A stretch of 64,000 nt of DNA from NCBI RefSeq assembly GCF_009914755.1, contig NC_060929.1, one strand, 5' to 3'. How positions within the stretch are numbered: the first letter of the stretch is position 1; each line of letters starts with the position of its first letter. The translations under genes were made by a program, and so were the position numbers. This document shows positions 1 through 13,514 of this stretch, piece by piece. The notes beneath the pieces are model-generated. The model worked only from the letters and a program-made list of their open reading frames with translations, had not been told where the DNA came from and made no database searches. This stretch comes from the human T2T-CHM13v2.0 reference genome, Homo sapiens.

Positions 1-329
1 GAGCATCAAATATCTATTTTTAAATTTGACTCCAAAGCCCATGCTCTGTTCTAACAGACTACTCAACTGTGTACATTGTCTACTATTGCTCTGGTATATT
101 TAAGTGTTGCTTGGGAAAATTGTTGTTATTTGCAGACACTGAAAATTCCACTGAACATTCATAGCTAGTCGGATTCTCTGTATTTCATTGTTGTTGTCCT
201 CCAAACTGAGATTTTCTCCATACCTCCATACCCTCCTTAGACTCAGCAGTGAAGCTTCCTTCTACACACTGAACAAGATCTTACATGAATTCCTATAACT
301 TCCTTACTTCTTACTCCAAATAGCTATGA

Positions 330-1500
330 ACTGTTTCATTTGTTACTCTCTTTTATTATTTTCTCCAAAATATTATAATCTCTCATCTACTTCACTAAGC
401 CAGTTAACACAACCTTCCTGAATCTATTCTTTCTCACTACCTCCAGAATCATACTTCAACTGTGATTTTGTGTTCTGTCATTCTGCTAGTTTCTAATCCT
501 CCACCTACAAACATGCATGGGTCTCTTCTAACCTGATCTCACTCCCCTAATTCCTCAAACTATTTTCACTTCTTCCCTATGTCTTTCACTGAAAAATTTC
601 TTGAAAAAAGAGTCTATGTCCCTGGACAACTTTGCCATCCACTCAGACATCATACCTCATGCACACGATCCTCTGCCATCATTATTCTGCTGAAATTGAC
701 TTCTTAAGGGTTTCCTGCAATTCTGGAGAAATCCCTCCTGGTTGGCCTTAGCACTAGGTATCTGGATCCTAAGATGGCAATTCATGTGGTAATTCCCCTC
801 TTGACTTTGAAAACTCTTTCTTAGCTTTTCTTTATCTTTTCCTAGAATTCTTTTATTTTCCGTTTTCTTTAAAGAAAGGGGTGGTGCTGATTTCACGTCA
901 TATTTGTACTTTTTTATACTCCCTTCCATGGTAATCTCATTTACTTTCATATATTCAAATGTTATGCAAATTCTATATCTATATATGCACTCTAGGCTCC
1001 AGTTTCTTTTCTTTCCATTTTCAACAGACTGTTTGACATCTTTTCCTGAATACACTTCTATCCATTAAAATGTAAGCTGGTCCAGAACAAACTCATGCAC
1101 ATCCACTAGAGAATGCATTTTTTTACAACTGTCTGAAGCTCACATTTCAAAGTATCTTGAACTATTAATTTTAATTTCCTCCTCAACTTATTTTTGCAAA
1201 TATCAAATATTTCAGGTTCCACGTGTACACCGTTATTTATAGTCAGTGTCCTTTTTCTTATCTTATTGCTGTTGCAGGTCAATCCTTATGGCTCCTCATT
1301 TATTATTGACTTTACTAATATCTTCACTTCACTTCTCTCATCACTTAAAAAATTTAAACCAGACAGCATTTTTCAGTTGTAGGTTGCCTCATATAATTCT
1401 CTCTTCTTCAAACATTGTTAACGCCTTCCCAGACTATTTAATTATTTTCTTTCCACCCTGACCTCTCTAGTTGTCTAGCATATGGCCCTGGAATATATAC
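330..1500 (+). mobile_element. Degraded L2 LINE fragments
   Basis: C/T-rich plus strand with L2-like phrases (ccactcagacatcatacc...tgaaattgacttcttaagg; cattaaaatgtaagctgg..aaactc; aagtcagatctcatt). Old and patchy, boundaries approximate. Confidence 0.5.
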
Positions 1501-1640
1501 CCAATTTCATTTTCAAGACTCTAGGTACTGGATTTAAGTCAGATCTCATTAGATTGACTCTCTAGCTGAGGTGAAAACCACTGTCCAAATTCTCAAATGT
1601 GTTTTATTTCCATTACCTGAAATCTTCTATGCTTCATTCA

Positions 1641-1958
1641 TTTATTATTATTATTATTTTTTTTTTTTTTTGAGACAAGGTTTCACTCCATCACCCAGGC
1701 TTCAGTGCAGTGGAGCCATTACGGCTCACTGCAGCCTTGACCTCCCTGGGCTCAGGTGATCCATCCACCCCAGCCTCCTGAGTAGGTGGGACCACAGGCG
1801 CACGCCACCATATCTGGCTAATTTTTTGTATTTTTTGTAGAGACAGAGTTGCACCATGTTGTTGCCCAGGCGTTTCTCAAACTCCTGAGTTCAATCAATC
1901 CACCCACCTTGGCCTTCCAAAGTGCTGGGATTATAGGTGTGAGACACTGCACCTGGCC
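1641..1958 (-). mobile_element. Alu, AluJ-like, full length
   Basis: (TTA)n/poly-T tail, gagacaaggtttc..cccaggc, J-type gcagccttgacctccctgggctcaggtgatcc, ends cctggcc. Short TSD-like tcatttat on both sides. Confidence 0.93.
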
Positions 1959-2460
1959 TCATTTATAATTTTTATCATTTAAAAATTTTTCTGTCCTTCA
2001 AGACTCATTTCACATTCTAGCTCCCTTTTGACTGCTTTTATTTAATTCCCCAGGGGGATATAATCCCTTTCCCTTTGGAAACACCAGTTTGTGCATCTCT
2101 TATGGCAATTATGTGTCTCATTGTCTAATATACCCTACTATATTTTAAAACGGCCAAGCACTGAAACTGTACACTATACTACTTGTAAACGTGTGACATG
2201 CATATATTATATAAAACATTTTTTCTTTAGTTGACAGCATAAAGAGACAATTTCCTTGACTTCATATTGAACTGGGGGTGTTCGGTCACATAGGATACCT
2301 GGAAAACGTATCAATGTTGCAGTATCAGTTGGAATAGACCATGCTACATATATTGTAGCAACACAGGCTTCCATATCAGAGTGGGTTGTGACAGTAAGTC
2401 ATCTTTATTGCTCACATTGTATGTCCACCAAGTGACACATGTCACATCTCATATTTTATT

Positions 2461-2966
2461 TTATTTTTATTTTTATTTTTATTTATTTATTTTTTATTAT
2501 ACTTTAAGTTTTAGGGTACATGTGCACAACATGCAGGTTTGTTACATATGTATACATGTGCCATGTTGGTGTGCTGCACCCATTAACTCGTCATTTACAT
2601 TAGGTATATCTCCTAATGCTATCCCTCCCCCCTCCCTCCACCCCACAACCGTCCCAGTGTGTGATGTTCCCCTTCCTGTGTCCATGTGTTCTCATTATTC
2701 AATTCCCACCTACGAGTGAGAACATGCAGTGTTTGGTTTTTTGTCCTTGCGATAGTTTGCTGAGAATGATGGTTTCCAGCTTCATCCATGTCCCTACAAA
2801 GGACATGAACTCATCATGTTTTATGGCTGCATAGTATTCCATGGTGTGTATGTGCCACATTTTCTTAAACCAGTCTATCATTGTTGGACATTTGGGTTGG
2901 TTCCAAGTCTTTGCTATTGTGAATAGTGCCACAATAAACATACATGTGCATGTGTCTTTATAGCAG
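2461..2966 (-). mobile_element. L1PA 3' end, 5'-truncated (about 500 bp)
   Basis: L1PA 3'UTR antisense (ttatactttaagttttagggtacatgtgcacaac). ORF 2699..2995 gives the ORF2 C-terminus (TIAKTWNQPKCPTMIDW..EYYAAIK). Exact 18-bp TSD cacatctcatattttatt at 2443-2460 and 2967-2984. Confidence 0.96.
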
Positions 2967-3134
2967 CACATCTCATATTTTATTGACCAAAACAAATCAC
3001 ATGACCATGACCAAGTTACACTCAGTAGAATGGGACAGGGGATATTGGTGGATAGTTAAACCATCTACATCAGGAAGCAATGGTATGCCCTTAAGAAGCT
3101 GGTTTCTGATTAAATGGGCTAATGTATGCTTTCT

Positions 3135-3228
3135 GGAGAGAGAGAGCAAGAGAGAGAGAAAGAGAGAGAGAGAAAGGAAGGAAGGAATGAAGGAAAGAAG
3201 GGAGGGAGAGAGGGAGGGAGGGAGGGAA
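3135..3228 (+). repeat. Purine-rich (GA)n/(GGAA)n/(GGGA)n compound microsatellite
   Basis: Directly visible, about 90 nt nearly all A/G. Confidence 0.95.
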
Positions 3229-3959
3229 TGGAATGCATTAAAGATGTCCTAGTATGACGAGAAAATTTTACAACACATGTCAATAACTGGAATGTAACTC
3301 CCCACACCTCATTTCCAATTTTTCTCTCTTTCTCCCCATCTCTCTTTGTTTTCACCTTTCTTTGCCATAGGCTCCCCCTCAGAGAAGCAACTTCGGGCTC
3401 TACTTGTGGGTACTGGGTAGGAAGGAGAAAAAATTGCATGTCATGTAGTCCAAGAGCAGACTGTTCAAAACCTGGTGTTAAAAATTTACCCAAGGGTTAT
3501 GAGCATAACTACCTATGTCAAGAACAGGTTCCCTCCAGATGATGAATTCTAGAATATAGTGAGAATTACCAAATCATGACCTAAATGAGAAGAAAGTATA
3601 TTAGTAGACAGAAACTTACAGTATTTATCTCTTTGCATGATTCCTTTCAGAACATCAATTCCAGTCTAAGTTTCAGGGAGTTATCTCTACTGGTCTGCCT
3701 TGTAGTGGCCTGCATAAATCTTTCTTTCTCAAAGCCGAAAGAGTCTTTACTCATTTCTTCACTAATATGAAAAATATTTATAGAGTGTCTATTATATGTT
3801 AGTCTACTGACATTCGGTGTTTTATATATTAACTAAATCTATAAAATTTGTGCAAAATAGAGGCTTTGTTCTGTTTACAAAAGAAAAAGCAAACGTTACT
3901 TCAGGAATTAAAAAAACCCTGAAAGTTCAATGTTGACTTACTCATCTTTCAATTGTAAC

Positions 3960-6644
3960 ACAGGTCAAATTGGCATAATGTCATCAATGGTAATAGACCA
4001 GTTTGATATCTTGCAGAAGGGAAAGGTGATCAATATTTCTGCATATTAAATTATGACATAGACCCGGAGAATGGACATACTCCTGAAACAGGACAATGAA
4101 GGTGTATTTCCAGCACTGTCAGCTTAAAGCAATCTACTTTTAGTGGTCCTTATTGATGGGTGTAGAGGAAGAAAGCCATTTGCCAGATCAATAGCTGCAT
4201 GTCAGGTATTAGAGAATGTGTTAATTTGTTCAAGAAATGAAAACACATCTGGTGCGGCAGCTGCAATTGATGTCACCACCTGGTTAAGCTTATGATACTC
4301 CACTGTCATTTTCCAAGATCCATCTGTCTTCAGCACTGGCCAAACAGATGAGTTGAATTAGGATATGGTGGGAATCACTCCTCTACATCTGTAAGTCCTT
4401 GATGGTGGCAATAATCTTCGCAGTCCCTCCAGAGGTGTGGTATTGCTTTTAGCTTACAATTTTCCTAGGTAGAAGCAGTTCTGGTGGCTTCCAATTGGCC
4501 TTTTATACTATAATATCCCTCACACTACAGGTCAGGGAACCAATGTGTGGATTCTGCCAGCTGCTGAGTATGTGTATTCCAATTATTCATTTCCCACCTG
4601 GGGAAATTATCTCATGGTGGGTTCAGAGACCTGCAGTTCCTACTATAAGGTGAACTTGAGCAAAAACTCCATTGATCCTCTAGCCTCCATAAGCTCTTAC
4701 TCTGACTGGTGGGCTACAGTTATGTTTTGAGTCTTATAGAATTAGTGTCAGTTCAGAACCAGTGTCAAAAGTCCCCAAAAGTTCTTCTCATTTCATTTTG
4801 TACCAAGCACAGTTCAACTGCTAAAAGTTCTTAGGTCCCTTTGGGAAAGGGTAAAAGAAAGACTAGTAGTATAAATTAGTATAAATTCTTGGCATTGTTC
4901 TGGGTCCTTCTTCAAGGGGACTTGTCTTTTCCTCTATTCAAGGGGTGCTGGGTCTATAAACTGGCTTATGTTTGGGAATTGATTGAGAGTCATGATTGTG
5001 ACTCTCCATTTTTATAGTTCAGGTTAGACTTTTGTTCATTTAACTAAAAACTTTGCTGCTTTTAAAGTTCTACATTATAACTAGGTCAAGGAAGAATTTA
5101 ATAAGCTTCCTATTTTACTTCTAGGAACACACTGATGACCTAACCAGTGCCATAGGCCTGTGCAAGTCAGACTACTCTGATTACTGCTTTGAGTGTGCTG
5201 CCCATTATGGTAACCACATCCACATTGACTTCAGTTTTCACTGTGAGGTCTGGCTTACAGAGAAGAGTGATCACAGAGCACTTCAAAGATGCCAGGGCTC
5301 CCTTCACAAATTTATTTGTCAATCATGGTAGAATTCATGGTAGAAGGTATGTCTTCTGGACCCTCCCAGGTTAGGTGACTAGATTTTAAATGGCAGATCT
5401 ACTCTAACATTCTAGTGTCCCTGAACATTTGAATCTCGTTCTCCACATTGAGCCAAGGCAGCTTAGGCATTTCGATTTGCTCACTATGGGTGATCTGTCG
5501 GTCCATGTTTTAGCCAAACAACCAAATAGAGCCTTTTTGAACTCCCTGAACTGCAACACTAAATGCAGAATCTCTGCTAAGTGAGCTCATATCGATAAAT
5601 TCATCCTGGTTCATATTTATGTTGCACCTGCTGCTATTCCACACTCTTAATATCCATTTCCACATGTTTCCTGGATTTCTGTCTGTATAAACTAGAAAAC
5701 TCAAGCAGTTCTCTTGGATTATAGCATGTCTCCTCATGATCCACACTTTGTACCTAACCTTTAGGGCCCTGTATAGAATTCAGATTAGTTAGAGGCCTAG
5801 AAGCAAAGAAGGATGGTCATAGCCTGTCCAGAAGAAAATCACCTTTGTCTTACATGACAACTGCTTCGGGGGAAGCTATTATAGTTTCCTTAGCCAATTC
5901 AGGATTAATTCACTCTGAAAAGCAGAGAGGTCACTTCCACTGTGAGTAGGGGGGGTTGCTTCCACTGGTGGTGGAGAGGTCTCTTCCATTGGCAAAGAAA
6001 ACTCATGAGAATTTGGGGCCTCAATGTCCTGAGCTTCATCAATACTCTCCACATATTGCCATTCCAACTTTCAGGATCACACTCCTTCTCAATGAATACC
6101 CTCCTTTTAACATTAGACAGCCTGTGAGTCTGAGAGCTCAACTTGCATTGTAATTCAGAATGAGATTCTGCACTTGATATTCAGCAATTTCAGACCTGTG
6201 GCTACTTTATCCTGTGGCTAGAGGATAATGGACTCCTTCAGGGGACACGTAGAAGCTTTCAGATCATTTATGTGGTGCTTAAGCTGGAAATTTAAATTCC
6301 TAAGCTCATCATTTTCCTTCTCATGTCCAACAACATTAGGAGTGACCAGCCAATCTTATTATATTTTTTTAGTTTGAGAAAAATGTTCAAAAGTATCATA
6401 TACAAAGTACCAATTTCTTTGACTCTTACAAGTGGTTGATTAGGAGTGTCACTGATGATGTTTTGTGTATCTTTATTGCCAGAGAACACCATGGACCACC
6501 AGCCTTCTCTTTACTAATGAATATAGAATTATTAGCATCTTTAAATCTAACTAGATCAAAGAGCAAATTCTAGAAACCCAGAACCAATTCAGAAAACTCA
6601 TTTTTAAAATTATCTTCCTCTAGACTACTCCCAGTATCAAAATC
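3960..6644 (-). mobile_element. ERVL (HERV-L type) internal region: decayed gag, protease and N-terminal RT, 3'-truncated
   Basis: Minus ORF 5510..5746 (WKWILRVW..EFIDMSSLSRDSAF) matches ERVL gag as I recall it. DTGSELTLI protease motif at about 4742-4768. AAIDLAN RT motif near 4180-4200. Frameshifted Y-IDDIM near 3975-3995. Many stops and frameshifts. Confidence 0.9.
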
Positions 6645-6832
6645 TATATTAGGCAGGGTTCCCCAGGGAAACAGAACCAATAGAATGTGTGTCTGTATGC
6701 ATATATGCATATATATGCATATACATGTGTATATATGTATATATGCATATATATGCATGCAAAACATGAATATATGCATATATATGCATGCAAAACATGA
6801 ATATATGCATATATATACACATATATATACAC

Positions 6833-6906
<74 letters not shown>

Positions 6907-7387
6907 TTTATTATAAGAAGCTGGTTCAAATGATAATGGAGGCTGATGAGTCCCAAGATCTGCAATCAGCTAGCTGGTGACCCAGAAGAGCCAATGGTGG
7001 AGTTCCAGTCTGAGTCCTAAGCCCTGAGAATTGGGAGAGAAATGATGCAGTCTCAGCCTAAATTCTGACAGGCTCAAGATCCAGAAAGAGCTAATGTTCC
7101 CATTTAATCCATTGGCAGGAAAAAAAACAATGTCCCAGATCAAGGCAATCAAGCAGTAGGAATCCACTTACTTTGGGGAGAGTCAGCCTTTTGGTTCCAT
7201 CTAGGCCATCAGCTGATTGGATGAGGCCCACTCACATTATGGAATGCAATTTGCTATACTCGGTCTATTTATTAGAATGGTAATTTCATCCAGATACACC
7301 CTTGCAAACACATTCAGAATAATGTTTAACTAAATGTCTGGGCAGCCTGTGGCCCAGTTGAGTTAACACATACAATTGACCATCACA
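6645..7387 (-). mobile_element. MLT2-family LTR (5' LTR of the ERVL)
   Basis: Minus strand starts tgtgatggtcaattgtatgtgttaactcaac, ends ggttctgtttccctggggaaccctgcctaatata, and runs directly into gattttgatactgggagt (ERVL internal start). Confidence 0.9.
6695..6905. repeat. Expanded (CATATA)n/(TA)n/(GA)n microsatellite inside the MLT2 LTR
   Basis: Directly visible. Includes two copies of atatatgcatgcaaaacatgaatatatgcat. Confidence 0.95.
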
Positions 7388-8490
7388 GTCCTCTTTAGAC
7401 TGGGGCAAGGCATTAGAGACATTGGCTATCTTTTTATCTGAGTGCCAGATATTGGCAATGAGAAAGAAAATAATTGTTTATCCTTTATTTCAAAAACACC
7501 ATTCAATTTCAGGATCTAAGGGCAACAGATGTTCAGCATGAATGGACCCTCTGCAGGCTCACAGTCTGCTGTCACATGTACCACCTGTAGAAAGTTCTTC
7601 TGGGCAACAGTACACTGAGTACACTGAGATACCTCAACAGCAAAACAGAATATTAAAATAATGAAATTAAGCTTAGGATTCCAGTTTTACATCTACTGTA
7701 ATCATTGAAATTTAAATTTTAAATTTTTTCATTCCTATTTCAAATTGTTCGATAGTATTAAGTTAAAGATGCATGTCAAAGCAATTTTAAGTAAAATTCA
7801 AACCATCAAAGAGTAAGTTCCTTCTGAAGAATGAGTCTTGCAAAAGTAAAATAATTGAACTCATCTTTATTCTAGAAAATGGAATTCTAAGAAGAGGTAA
7901 CATTAGAAAAATACTTGTAAGAGCATATATGCTTTTCATTTTGTCCTAATTTTGCTTTGCCATATATTTAACATCCACATTAATCTACATGAATTTTACA
8001 TGGACTCATTTGAAATAAAAGACAGAAAATCATATTAAAGTCTGGTAAAATATTTTTGCTTCAGATGTTTGTAGAGGGGCAGAGTTTAAAGATGTCTAAT
8101 ATTTTGCTAAATGAATAGAAGTATCCTTTCTTTGAAGAAATTAGTCCACTAAAAATACCTACCTCATTAAAATTCTGTTTGCTTAGTTTGAACTTTAAAG
8201 TGCAATTCCTTTTCTAGTGAAAGATAATAGCTATATTTAATAGTTTAACTTGAACTTTCCAGAAATGACTGAATGAATTTCTTAAATCATCTTAAAACTA
8301 ACATTAGTGATAAAAATAATAATATATTTTAAAATTCAGAGTTTTATCATTGGTAACAAGAAGATGTTGTAATTCTATCATCTCAATGCTGTAGTTGTAC
8401 AAGTAAATAATAAATAACACCACTCAAACTTTTAAATCATTTTCTGCATTAGTCTATAGGCATATTTATTATTATTAACAAATAAATTAG

Positions 8491-8665
8491 CATATTTCCT
8501 CATTGCTGAACAAGGACTATCAATCTAACCTAGATTTTTTCTTAAAAATTATATTCTTCATTACAGAACTTACATATTTCCTCATTGCTGAACAAGGACT
8601 ATCAATCTAAGCTAGATTTTTTCTTAAAAATTATATTCTTCATTACAGAACTTACATATTTCCTC
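8491..8665. repeat. 82-bp tandem duplication (2 copies plus 11 bp)
   Basis: 8491-8572 is repeated at 8573-8654 with one mismatch. catatttcctc recurs at 8655-8665. Confidence 0.97.
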
Positions 8666-10014
8666 TGGTGTCTTTTTTACATGGATTCATATGTATATCT
8701 CTGAAAGTCTTTGCTATGCATGATTTTTTGGGGAAGAGAACTGTTCTCAAAATTTTAAATACTTAACTCCCCTGCTGTGATTTTCTCCTGCTGACCTCCC
8801 ATGCACCCCCAAAATGGACCACAATATGCTAAAGACAAATAATTGCAGCACAATTTAATTATCCTGTCTAATCACAATATAACTTATACAAAAATTTTGG
8901 GGGAAGTCAGGCATGTTTTTGAGAGAGGGTAGAGAGGAGATTAGAGTTTTCACAGATGCCATAATACCATCTTAGTGTTTATATTTTCTTTAATTTTTGT
9001 CAGTGTTTTCCATGTTATGGTGAATGATGCAGTAGAAACAGCTAAGAAACTCTGAAAGGAGAAAAAAATCAACTACACTACAAATTTTTAAATACTTTAA
9101 ATTCAGATGTGTATTGTAGCTACCACATTTATAAATATATCTATTGAATATTAATATATTGCACCTTAACCATCAGTACATTTGTCTGCAAAACATAGGA
9201 TGCACCTTTGTGGGAGGGAAGGGCTATCTCCTTAAACTTAGAATAAGTATTCTAATGTATAACATATTATGCAGAAATATTAAATATTTTTAGTTATAAT
9301 GGTATTTTTTATAAAATATTAGCACACCAGAAAAATAATATGTAGATTGCAGGTACAGATGGCAAAAGAAATTCCAATTCACACCAAAGAATCCGGAAAA
9401 GACTCAAAAATGGAGGCAACTGGTACCTTCCAATGTAAGGAAACACACTGGTGTAAAAATAGAAAGATTGGCTGAAAGTCTGTATTAGAAGCAGCTAGAT
9501 CCCAAATTCCCTATGATTTCCTGCACAGCCAGAAAGCAACTCCTTCCACACCATGACTGGCAGTTTGAGTTTACACCTGGAGACTGCAACGGAGAGTCTC
9601 TGGACTGTGGTTCACCAGGCAGGGCTGAAGGCTGGGATGGCATTCTGAGAATGGGGATTATCAGAGGAATCTCTCAAATCCTGTAAAGTTAGGAAGAAAT
9701 CGATATCTCAGGGGCTTTGAGGGACAAGTCACATGGAGCTGCATAAGAATAAGAAATAGGAAATAAGAGAAAATAGGAATAGGAGAGAAAACATTAAGCA
9801 TGATGTGTACTCAAACACAGCCTGCCTGGCCTTTGGATGCTCGCCCTGGCACAGTTACACATGGACCTTCTGTTACTGGTCAACTCCTTTGTACGTTTTC
9901 AAGGATGTCTGTTAAGAAAGGAATTTTACCTGCACGACATGGCACATGTGTTAGAGGAGCTATGGTTTGATTTGCTTTGGCATGGGCAGTTCTAACAGAT
10001 AAATTATATAAATA

Positions 10015-10016
<2 letters not shown>

Positions 10017-10080
<64 letters not shown>
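10017..10080. repeat. (TA)n microsatellite, about 28 uninterrupted units
   Basis: Directly visible. Confidence 0.98.
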
Positions 10081-10833
10081 CCTATTTTGCTCCTATCCAA
10101 CAGTTTCACAGTACCTAATAAGAAAAATTCGGCAATATTTGAAAAATCTGGATTTGATCAGATTTATATCTAGGACATATTAGCTGTGTATTTTTCTTTT
10201 AGACAGGATTTCCAGAGCTCAAAAATTACTTATTTAAGATCTAACCCTGCTAATTTAAATTTCTGCTGAATTAAGACTTGGTTTAATTTTACCATTGGGA
10301 AGGACAGACCCAGCTCTGACTTTTAAATCTATAGTATGCTGAGTCCTTCTTAACTTTTTTGATGACTTTTGGTTAACAAAGTCTCAGATGTGAATTTATA
10401 TTAACATGGCATGGCGAAAACCTGAAACTAAACCCCCAAAATGTTGGAATTAGTGAAATTTGTAATTAAAAGCCTTAAAAAGATCTTGCAGCATGTTTAT
10501 ACTGATTGTGATTTTTTCACAAATAAATATATAATCAAAAATTTTAAATACTAAATAATAAGTCTATCTTCTGCATAACAAAATGTCATTATTCCACTCA
10601 ATAATAAAAGCATAAAGGATAAAATATATTAAATAAAAATATAATATTATCATAGTCCAAAAGTATACAGGGCAAATTACTAGCCTATTTGAAACTTTAA
10701 AGAGGTATATCCTGAAAATTTTGTTGCTACTAAAATTATCAAAGAAAATAGATGTTCCCAGGTATTGCACCCTGTCTTTGTTATTTTTTTCTTTTTTCTT
10801 TTTCCTTCATCCATTGGCTGTTTTTCTCCTGTA

Positions 10834-11016
10834 TCAGTGGTTCTCAACAGGGAGAGATTTGACAATGTCAGGGGACATTTTTGGTTGTCATAACTGGACG
10901 AAGGGCACTCCCAGCAAGGAAGGTCACAAAACATTCTGTAAGACACAAGAGAGCCCCTGCCTAATAAATAGTTACCTGAACAAAATGATCAATACTTCCA
11001 AGGTTAAGAAATCCTG
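10834..11016 (+). mobile_element. MER20 (hAT-Charlie MITE)
   Basis: cagtggttctcaac...ggacatttttggttgtcataactgg...aaggttaagaaatcctg matches the recalled MER20 termini and core. Confidence 0.85.
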
Positions 11017-11883
11017 ATCTATGTCTTTTGGGGTTTCTCACAAGTCTTCTTTCTGTACATAATGCAACTGTTGTCATAATATAACAAGTATAAAAAAATT
11101 CTCTGTAGTTTTGAAGAGCAAAAATTCTGAGTCAAGAGACTTGTTTTCTATATAAGAAGGTCTTAGAGACTTGCTACTTGACCTTGAATAAGTCATTAAA
11201 TCTATCAGGAACCTCATTTCTTCAAGAAAAAGTTGTTGGTAAGGTTTTGGCCATGCTTCCTAGGTAAGTAATTAATTCATTAAAGAAACTTCATATTGAC
11301 AAACAAATAAATAAAACAGCATAGACACCACCCTCTCAATATTGAGATGTAGGTTGGGTTTAGAATTCAGGCATGATAGACCCTGTAGCAACTCCACAGG
11401 ACATCCCAAGGGCTCTACTGAGCACAGTTGAAAACTTCTGGGCTTTAAGGATAATTCAGTAATTTTGAGAAAGTAAAAACTAAATGAAAGCTTTAAAATT
11501 AAATTTAGAGGAGTTTTTAGGTGATTGTTTAGAGTTATACACATATATGTATATTTCAAAAATATACACAGACATAATATTTACATTTCTCATGTTTGAA
11601 GTTGTAGAAGTTCTAGTCCTTGCATTTATGAAACTTTCCTAGAGCTAAGTAGTATCTTATAAAATATGCAATAAGAACCGACTTGTCTGGTTCCTCTTAT
11701 GCTTTAAATATATCCAAGACAATGAAAAAATTTTTAATTGTTGATTCTAAAATGTGCTATAAATTACTGAATCACTGATGTGCTCTTATGTTAAGAAAAA
11801 TATTCAAGCTCTTCTCCCCTTGCTTTAATCAATAGATTGTAGCAAAAGTGAGGCTCTGAGATTTCCAAACACAGCCTCTTTAC

Positions 11884-12235
11884 TTCTTTTTTTTTTAATT
11901 TTTTTATTTCCGTAGGTTATTGGGAAACAGGTGGTGTTTGGTTACATGAGTACGTTATTTAGTGGTGATTTGTGAGATTTTGGTGCACCAATCGCCGGAG
12001 CAGTATACCCTGCACACAATTTGTAGTCTTTTATCCCTCACCCCCTTCCCACACTTCCCCTGAGTCCCCAAAGTCCACTGTGTTATTCTTATGGCTTTGC
12101 ATCCTCATAGCTTAGCTCCCACTTATGAGTGAGAACATAAGATGTTTGGTTTTCCATTCCTGAGTTTCTTCACTTTGAATAATAGTCTAATCTCATCCAG
12201 GTTGCTGCGAATGCCATTATCCTACTCAGCCACAA
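11884..12235 (-). mobile_element. L1PB-like 3' end, 5'-truncated
   Basis: Poly-T then ttattgggaaacaggtggtgtttggttacatgag..tagtggtgatttgtgagattttggtgcacc. Degenerate TSD cagcctct(tt/ct)(a/g)cttctttt at about 11872 and 12237. Confidence 0.88.
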
Positions 12236-12642
12236 GCAGCCTCTCTGCTTCTTTTTGAAGACCTGTCACTCTGCTGTGAGGATGTCCAAGTTAGACTACT
12301 GATTACAGAGAAAGCACACTAGTTGCAATGAAGAGGGGAGGAGAGAAAGGGAAAGAGGCAACAGGGGAGAGGGGAGAGGCCATATGGAGGAGTACAGGGT
12401 TCCAGGACTCAATGGAACAGAAAATGCACACATCTGTCCCCTACCATTGAAAACTAATGAATCATTGCTGTTTTAAGATTCAAAGTTTTGAGATTTTTTT
12501 TTTTAGAAAACATTAGATAGTTCAAACAGGGTAATTAGTAGTTAAATAACCATAACATAGTAAACTCTTTTTTGTTAAAAATTTACTGTTATATAATATT
12601 ATTATATTTAATATATTTTATAAAATATATTTCATGCTTTAA

Positions 12643-13149
<507 letters not shown>

Positions 13150-13514
13150 TCTATTGCATTTTTTATCTGTCATACATTTGATGCTTTTAGAAAAACAGAT
13201 TCTTTATTATAATTTTAAGTGTTATCAGTAGATTCAAAGCATGTATTCTTAATATTACTATTTTGTAAGTGAGATAAAAGGGTTTGAAAGAATTTGATTT
13301 AAAAAGCTTAATTCTATTATGCTAATGTGAAATCAAATGATTTTAAAATTAGAAATTAGAAAAGTAAGCTTTAGTATGCTAATGTGCTTTCTCTAAGAGC
13401 AAATATAAAATGGGATGTCCCCTAAATTTATTTGACCATAGAATCCTTCCTTACTAAATCCTCAACAGGCTTTAAGGTAACAACAGTAACTATGGGGAGG
13501 GATTATGAAAATAC

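Noticed and set aside
657-1055. 132-aa minus ORF
   Set aside because: Non-ATG start, overlaps L2-like decayed sequence and has no recognisable domain.
6570-6965. Several overlapping His/Ile/Tyr/Met-rich ORFs
   Set aside because: They come from stop-free frames of the (CATATA)n/(TA)n/(GA)n microsatellite.
8491-8665. Repeat array resembling CRISPR or a satellite
   Set aside because: Only two adjacent copies with no unique spacers, in primate DNA. It is a simple duplication.
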